This document shows, piece after piece, positions 59,301 through 64,000 of a DNA stretch of 64,000 nucleotides. Below the pieces are notes generated by a model that saw only the letters and a program-made list of their open reading frames with translations, was not told where the DNA came from and did no database searches. The position numbers were made by a program, and so were the translations under genes. Numbering within the stretch: position 1 is the first letter of the stretch; each line of letters opens with the position of its first letter. Source of the stretch: an uncultured archaeon (GTDB taxonomy: Archaea; Thermoplasmatota; Penumbrarchaeia; JASLWR01); NCBI GenBank assembly GCA_964430885.1, contig CAYSHM010000001.1, positions 128,001-192,000 of the forward strand, in the 5' to 3' direction.

Positions 59301-61557
59301 CACCAGCAATGACAATATAACGGATACCTATCCTTTGGTATATGGTACAAAACCCTTTGATATGACTCCCCCCCGGCTTCTTTGGGCTGATTTGAGCTCA
59401 ACTCCCACTACTGGTGATAATTTGACCATCACTGCCGGATTCTATGATAATTACGGTGTGGTGGATCATAAAACCCTATATTCTTTCAATGGTCTGAACT
59501 ATACCAATGTATCTATGGAGATGGTAGGCTTAGGGGTTTGGGAGTCCACATTCAGGGTTTCCAGTACAACTGCCGGCCTGTATTATAGATTCTACATGGA
59601 GGATGTAGGCGGGAACAAGGTAATTACTGATCCCGTTTTCATAAATGTGAGGGATAATGACATGCCTGAATTATTGTTCGACTATTCTTTTACAGAACCC
59701 ACAACCGGTGAGGATATGGAGATCAAGATGGAATGTCAGGACAATATCGAATTGGACCTTTCAGAAGTGTATCTCTATTACACCTTCTTCGGGATTAATT
59801 ATACTACGGTCAAAATGGCGGCCAATTCAACTATGATCAATAAAAGCAATTTCTCTGCAGTTATAAAGGTTCCATTTACAGCTGCCATAGTTCGTTATTC
59901 ATTCAATATTTCCGATGTTTCCGGGAACTGGTTCAACACCTCCAAGACCTGGATCGAGGTGATTGATAATGATAAACCCTGGTTAGTGGAAGATATCACG
60001 GTAAATAATTCCGCCACAACCGGTGATGGTTTTCTGTTCACCGTCAATGTAACTGACAATATTGCAGTTTTCAAGGTGTCTGTCATGTACTCAATAGATA
60101 ATGGCAATATTCTCAACGAGTCCATGGTCTATCTTGCTGGCGGGTTATGGGAGCAGTTCCTATATCTCCCTGCCAATGCTACAGTTATCGAATATAGATA
60201 TTATATTCAGGATACTTGGGATAATCACAATTCAACCAAATATTTTAATAAGTCGGTCCATGATGATGATCCACCTGTTGCTAAGGGGGGGCCTGACAGG
60301 ATAGTCCATCAGTATTCAACCCTTAACTTCACTGGTAATGATAGTACTGATAATCTGCCACTGGAAGAGTATATTTGGACCTTCAGGACAAGTAATGGTA
60401 CATTTGTTGGTGAGAAAGAAGGTATGAACGTCAACTTCACCTTTGATATGCCTTTCAATCATACAGTCACATTGAAGGTGGTAGATCCAGGCAACAATTC
60501 CGATATGTATCAGATTCAGGTAACTGTTATCAAGGCACCGAATGGCACAGGTAACGACGATGATGATCCAGATGATGATTCAGACGATGATGTTGGCCCC
60601 GATGATGATGATGATTCAGACGATGATGTTGGCCCCGATGATGATGATTCAGACGATGATGTTGGCCCCGACGATGATTCAGATGATGATATCAATCCTG
60701 ATGACGAGAAGAGTTCGAAAAATGACAGCATGTTGGCTCTCTTTATGATTATAGGGGCAGTCTTGCTCATATTGATCCTTCTCATCATTCTGTTAGTGGT
60801 ATTCAGAAGGAGGAAGGATGACAAGGATGAGGAGAAATTAGATGAAGAATTAGTGAATGAGAGAGATTCTGAAGTAATTGATCAATCGGATATTGAAAAA
60901 GCTTCAACATCCATTGATGCGGAAAAACCAACGCCCTTCGTCTCCTCTTCAAGTTCTAGTGAGGATAGCATATTTGATTGTGAGGATTGCGGATCCAAGC
61001 TGGAATATATCAAAGAAAGTGACAAATGGTGGTGTGACACCTGCAGTAAATACGACGATGATGACGATTATATTTCACCAACCGACCCTGGTCTGATGCC
61101 CCCTCCTGCTTCACCTGCAGGTGCTTACAGCCACAAGAGTTTACCCCGACCACCCACGAAAACTTCAAGCTACAGATTGCCTCCGCCTCCAGGAGTAAAA
61201 GATGACAGTATTAAATCATTGCCTCCTCCTGTGGATCTACCTACCTCATCCGGGAGCAAGGACCATTTTCCCCCTCCGCCGGATAATCCACATATTAGCA
61301 TGGCAAAAACCCTGCCGCTCCCCCCTGATGTAACAATACCTGGGGGAGCTAGCGTAAAGGATGTCTTTGTGACCAAGGCACTTCCGCCTGCTCCTCCTGA
61401 TATCGATGACACGCCCAAGCCCCCTAAACCTGTCAAGACCACTCCTCTGCCATTAATGGACGAGGAGGAGCAGATAAAGCTCCTGAAAGGGAGATTGATC
61501 AAGGGTGACATTACCCTTGAGGAATACCACCAGCTCAAATCCGAACTGGAAGGTTAG
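56317..61557 (+). CDS. Giant surface protein: NosD-like right-handed beta-helix, Ig/PKD domains, Asp-rich linker, TM, Zn ribbon, Pro-rich region and SHOCT-like tail
   Basis: DYNTIQAAINAA start of the beta-helix; Asn-rich repeats; GNFWSDY; PPVAKGGPD PKD; CEDC...WWCDTC; LIKGDITLEEYHQLK. Confidence 0.88.
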   Translation: MIPMRKMILNALCCFILFMMLSTLYTGFQTDHSSDINMSEFRSASVQAESRATLTVNDNGGADYNTIQAAINAADPGDTIDVWSGTYEEDITINKQLNVIGAGSGSTIIYGTETGDVVTITADNVRFSGFKIAGSGSGQGDAAIDLNNVGGCEIDNNTITKASIDYTSTVYTDNFDDGTQSPWSESGAGYVYVTTCTYSSSYYSLSLYYDTVSAYSPYINLAGASSATLSCWIRQGSDNWACSNEPESGEDLEIYYRNAQGGYNYLEDYWGSAAGGTIYNVNLNLPQAALHSGMKIRYYLTRGSGSGYDYWYVDNVKIDKTVSNYYTVNSGINMVNCNNNTVADNHIYDNDNIGLYCTQSQHNDIRRNQIENNMDGMEIQGGHSNRLIQNTLYQNAGTNLKIKDSADNLLLDNSVNDDQWGIVLENSDGNVIKSNDVNDISNSGIFLTNSDNNNVTENQVGSYSSGIELSSSHSNDIYDNTCQSNSQNGIFLTTSTNNDITLNDCQYNGGSGIYLTSSSSGNSVRLNILDHNYRPVDVSSSNSNDIIANWMQYCSYGLRVQNSNSNLVSGNIITDASGSGIYIYNSDDSTLTFNEINSFWEGIRLDESNGNNVSDNLCSENSNGIELDQSDNNLLSNNNCSLCSQRGIELIGSHNNNITSNSYYNDNLAIYMSTSWGNTIKNNSFIGNPNGIYCQYSGNNRVLNNLFVLNMESVDVLDSSNMVFENNDFMNISGNAILVNQGETFRVRNNNFGDCGKPLSFSNTDDIIINANNLTWCQDASTFSYAEGVIFSANNLSFCQEGIEIKNSDDSFVIYNSLFSVNNTGILLNQSDFGNITDNDFFDGHIPIHIITSVGTHVLNNTLNMSRDKGMFIDSSRFGHFENNTILNSVKVAINLYENNWMNRICYNTLMNNTYGIYIRSNTSKNNTIDHNNIINNSFGESQTKDYGLNNKWFSRVETRGGNRATNEGNFWSDYMERYPNATHNGRVWDTPYEITSNDNITDTYPLVYGTKPFDMTPPRLLWADLSSTPTTGDNLTITAGFYDNYGVVDHKTLYSFNGLNYTNVSMEMVGLGVWESTFRVSSTTAGLYYRFYMEDVGGNKVITDPVFINVRDNDMPELLFDYSFTEPTTGEDMEIKMECQDNIELDLSEVYLYYTFFGINYTTVKMAANSTMINKSNFSAVIKVPFTAAIVRYSFNISDVSGNWFNTSKTWIEVIDNDKPWLVEDITVNNSATTGDGFLFTVNVTDNIAVFKVSVMYSIDNGNILNESMVYLAGGLWEQFLYLPANATVIEYRYYIQDTWDNHNSTKYFNKSVHDDDPPVAKGGPDRIVHQYSTLNFTGNDSTDNLPLEEYIWTFRTSNGTFVGEKEGMNVNFTFDMPFNHTVTLKVVDPGNNSDMYQIQVTVIKAPNGTGNDDDDPDDDSDDDVGPDDDDDSDDDVGPDDDDSDDDVGPDDDSDDDINPDDEKSSKNDSMLALFMIIGAVLLILILLIILLVVFRRRKDDKDEEKLDEELVNERDSEVIDQSDIEKASTSIDAEKPTPFVSSSSSSEDSIFDCEDCGSKLEYIKESDKWWCDTCSKYDDDDDYISPTDPGLMPPPASPAGAYSHKSLPRPPTKTSSYRLPPPPGVKDDSIKSLPPPVDLPTSSGSKDHFPPPPDNPHISMAKTLPLPPDVTIPGGASVKDVFVTKALPPAPPDIDDTPKPPKPVKTTPLPLMDEEEQIKLLKGRLIKGDITLEEYHQLKSELEG
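60556..60706 (+). repeat. Asp-rich coding tandem repeat (DSDDDVGPDDD)n
   Basis: GATTCAGACGATGATGTTGGCCCC repeated three times. Confidence 0.85.
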
Positions 61558-61698
61558 AATAAATCGGAATTGCCTGATAGATACTGAATTTACCTAAGGA
61601 ATGATATCAGTTAGATTTGAGGTTTAATCTACATATTTTCATAAATAGGGTGGAAAATTTAATAATAATACTATATTCTATTTCATTTTGAAATATAG

Positions 61699-63729
61699 GT
61701 GAGCCCTTTGAAGAAACTCTGGTCTGCTTTCTTAATTATTGTAGGATTGGTTTTCATCTCAATACTACCTTATTCGGTGAATTATCGGTCTGTATCGGGT
61801 GAACAGGTACCGGATCCTGTGCAGATAGTATCGCCTTCCAATGGGACGGAAGTGTCAGGCGAAATAATAATTGAAACCAAGGTTTACGGATGTAATTGCT
61901 CCAATTATACTTCCTTATACGTTAACCGAGCTTTCATCTCAAATGGAACCTTGTTTGATACTGATTACGAATTTGAATATTTCAGACATCAATGGAACAC
62001 AACAACAGTGTCCAATGGCAAATGCGAGATAATAGTATTTGACAAACACATGGTGTCCTATGATGTGATATATCTTTACGTCAGCAATGTTATAGAAAAT
62101 AACGGAAACGATGACAATACTAGAATTGTTGAGCCCAAGAACAATTCAATTGTTGGAGGACTAGAGACCGTCACGGCCGAAGTGAGGACTTGCAACTGCA
62201 CATCCTTCACTTCGCTTCATGTCGATGGTGTACATATTACCTCTGGAAATTTTGTGGAAATGGTCAAGAAGGAAAACATTTGGTGGGAGATTTATACCCA
62301 TAAATGGGATACAAGTAATCATTCTGACGGAGTTCATACCCTGATGGTATTAGGAAAACACCAGGAACATTACCATGAGATCGAAGTTATGATCGACAAT
62401 GATAATCATAATGATAATGGTTCCATAAGGATGCTTTTTCCAAATAATAATTCCTCGGTCAGCGGTAGAATCAGGATCGGCGTGGAGGTATCATCTTCTT
62501 TAGGTATAGGTTATACCTCACTTCACGTTGATGGAGATTTTTCCTCTAACGGTACTCTTGATTCATCTATAGGAGGTTTGGATTATTTTTCCCATGAATG
62601 GGATTCCGCCTCGGTCTCTGACGGTCAGCATGAAATAGGGGTGAAATACTCGAAGGGAGGATTGTCAACGACGGCTGCAGTAATTGTCAACAACAGTGGT
62701 GCCGCTGTACTTGAGAAGCCTGTTTGGATTATTACTCCTGATATGAATGCAGAACTGAAGGATACGGTTTCCATAAGGGTTGAGGTGAATTCCAAAGAGA
62801 TCAATGGATCTTCTGTTCTGTATGTTGATGAGCAGTTCATCTCTGAAGGAACATTGGATATCTCTGTTGGGGAATATTCGTACTTTACTCATAAATGGGA
62901 TACAAGTAATCATTCTGACGGAGTTCATCTTTTGAAGGTTGAGGTCTCGGGAGGGACTTATCTGGATGTTATATCAGTTTATGTGAACAATACAGAAGCA
63001 ATCCGACCTGATACCATGAAAATAGTATCACCTTCAAATAGGTCCAATGTGGAAGGTATAGCCATAATAAAGGTGGATATTCTTGAGAATGAAGATGAGA
63101 ACGGATGCACCCTGTACATCGACGGCAATTATATGGCCAACTATGATAACAGTACTAGAATAAAAAGGAAGGGTGCATGGTTCAGGCAGTATATTCTACA
63201 GTGGAACAGTCGATCCTCCACTAACGGATATCATGATATCATGGTCATGTCTGGAAATATGAAGCATTCTCATCTGATTTCGGTTTTTGTCCTAAATCCA
63301 CTGGAGGAAATGGTTCAGAACACAAGACTGTTGTACCCTTTAAACAACACAGTTCTGAACGGCAAGGTCACCATATCAATAGAGGTTTTGGTAATTTGCG
63401 ACTGCAACAGTACGACTCTATTGCTGATAGATGGAAAACCAGTCTCCAATGGAATTATTGACGACCGAAAACTGGTCAACGGCTCCTGGTTTGAGATTTT
63501 TATTCACCACTGGGACACCGCCTCTATGGGGGACGGTACCCATGAGCTAAGGACTTTGGGAAAACATAAGCAGTATTATGATACGGTTATGGTTATTGTG
63601 GATAATTCAGATGATGTCGATGATGGTAGCGGTAGTTCAGAAGATACTCCTGGGTTTGATTTTTTTACGTTGTTGATAGGTTTAATAATCATCATATTTC
63701 TTGCCGTTAATAGGTGGCGAAGGCCATGA
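61699..63729 (+). CDS. Secreted protein with six Ig-like repeats and PGF-CTERM sorting signal
   Basis: Repeats P-x-N...VSG...LYVDG...H-x-WDT...DG-x-H; C-terminal TPGF + TM helix + RWRRP. Confidence 0.85.
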   Translation: MSPLKKLWSAFLIIVGLVFISILPYSVNYRSVSGEQVPDPVQIVSPSNGTEVSGEIIIETKVYGCNCSNYTSLYVNRAFISNGTLFDTDYEFEYFRHQWNTTTVSNGKCEIIVFDKHMVSYDVIYLYVSNVIENNGNDDNTRIVEPKNNSIVGGLETVTAEVRTCNCTSFTSLHVDGVHITSGNFVEMVKKENIWWEIYTHKWDTSNHSDGVHTLMVLGKHQEHYHEIEVMIDNDNHNDNGSIRMLFPNNNSSVSGRIRIGVEVSSSLGIGYTSLHVDGDFSSNGTLDSSIGGLDYFSHEWDSASVSDGQHEIGVKYSKGGLSTTAAVIVNNSGAAVLEKPVWIITPDMNAELKDTVSIRVEVNSKEINGSSVLYVDEQFISEGTLDISVGEYSYFTHKWDTSNHSDGVHLLKVEVSGGTYLDVISVYVNNTEAIRPDTMKIVSPSNRSNVEGIAIIKVDILENEDENGCTLYIDGNYMANYDNSTRIKRKGAWFRQYILQWNSRSSTNGYHDIMVMSGNMKHSHLISVFVLNPLEEMVQNTRLLYPLNNTVLNGKVTISIEVLVICDCNSTTLLLIDGKPVSNGIIDDRKLVNGSWFEIFIHHWDTASMGDGTHELRTLGKHKQYYDTVMVIVDNSDDVDDGSGSSEDTPGFDFFTLLIGLIIIIFLAVNRWRRP

Positions 63730-63748
63730 TTCAAACGGGGGTGGTATT

Positions 63749-64000
63749 TTGAGAATTTTTTTTAAATTCACCGTTCTTTTCTCAATACTCCTATTATTCA
63801 ATGGCTTTTTTCCAATGGCATTTCAAAGCGATTCTTCTCACATACGTTTTCCCTTAGAGACTGACTTCAGAAGATCTAAGGGCCCAAACGATGGCCCGGA
63901 AATGGTTGTGGACAATACTCCGGTTTCAGGAGAAACAGGTGAGCTTTTCACCTTCTCTGTAAACTTTACTGATCCTGACACAGTTTCCATGGTAAAGGTC
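63749..64000 (+). CDS. Secreted protein (3' partial)
   Basis: Manual translation from TTG after GGGGGTGG: MRIFFKFTVLFSILLLFNG...TGELFTFSVNFTD; open to the window end; Ig-like repeat resembles those of the 56317 gene. Confidence 0.75.
   Translation, partial: MRIFFKFTVLFSILLLFNGFFPMAFQSDSSHIRFPLETDFRRSKGPNDGPEMVVDNTPVSGETGELFTFSVNFTDPDTVSMVKV

Noticed and set aside
60516-60824. Ser-rich and Met-rich alternative-frame ORFs
   Set aside because: Artefacts of the GAT-rich Asp repeat in the real gene.
1-64000. CRISPR array or cas genes
   Set aside because: No regularly spaced repeat-spacer units were seen; the tandem repeats found lie inside coding regions or are a single pair.

Overview
Archaeal chromosomal segment, most likely an uncultured Thermoplasmatota (inferred from the gene set, GGAGG/GGTGA ribosome-binding sites, BRE-TATA promoters, CCA-less tRNAs and a BHB tRNA intron). 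Housekeeping genes include top6A (5' partial), nob1, pepD, valS, serA-like, lrp, rpl18e-rpl13-rps9-rpoN-tRNA-Pro, a NOG1-type GTPase, gpmI and four tRNAs. About 30 kb encodes large, mostly acidic, secreted or membrane-anchored proteins, and there is a MoxR/DUF58 operon. Main discoveries: (1) a phage-tail or contractile-injection-like module at 47850-53424 (tube-like gene, structured spacer, Pro-rich tape-measure-like gene, tube-initiator-like gene, small Zn finger) between housekeeping genes, with no capsid, terminase, integrase or sheath in the window; (2) a promoter-bearing, roughly 110-nt structured RNA candidate at 37728-37845 exposing an anti-Shine-Dalgarno C-rich strand; (3) a GC-rich 6.9-kb ABC-transporter island that replaced the middle of a metallophosphoesterase gene, whose two ends survive at the borders; (4) a queuosine-salvage (Qng1/DUF2419-like) gene between two convergent tRNAs beside an att-like duplication of the tRNA-Gly 3' end. 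All protein family calls come from reading motifs by eye; no searches were run.
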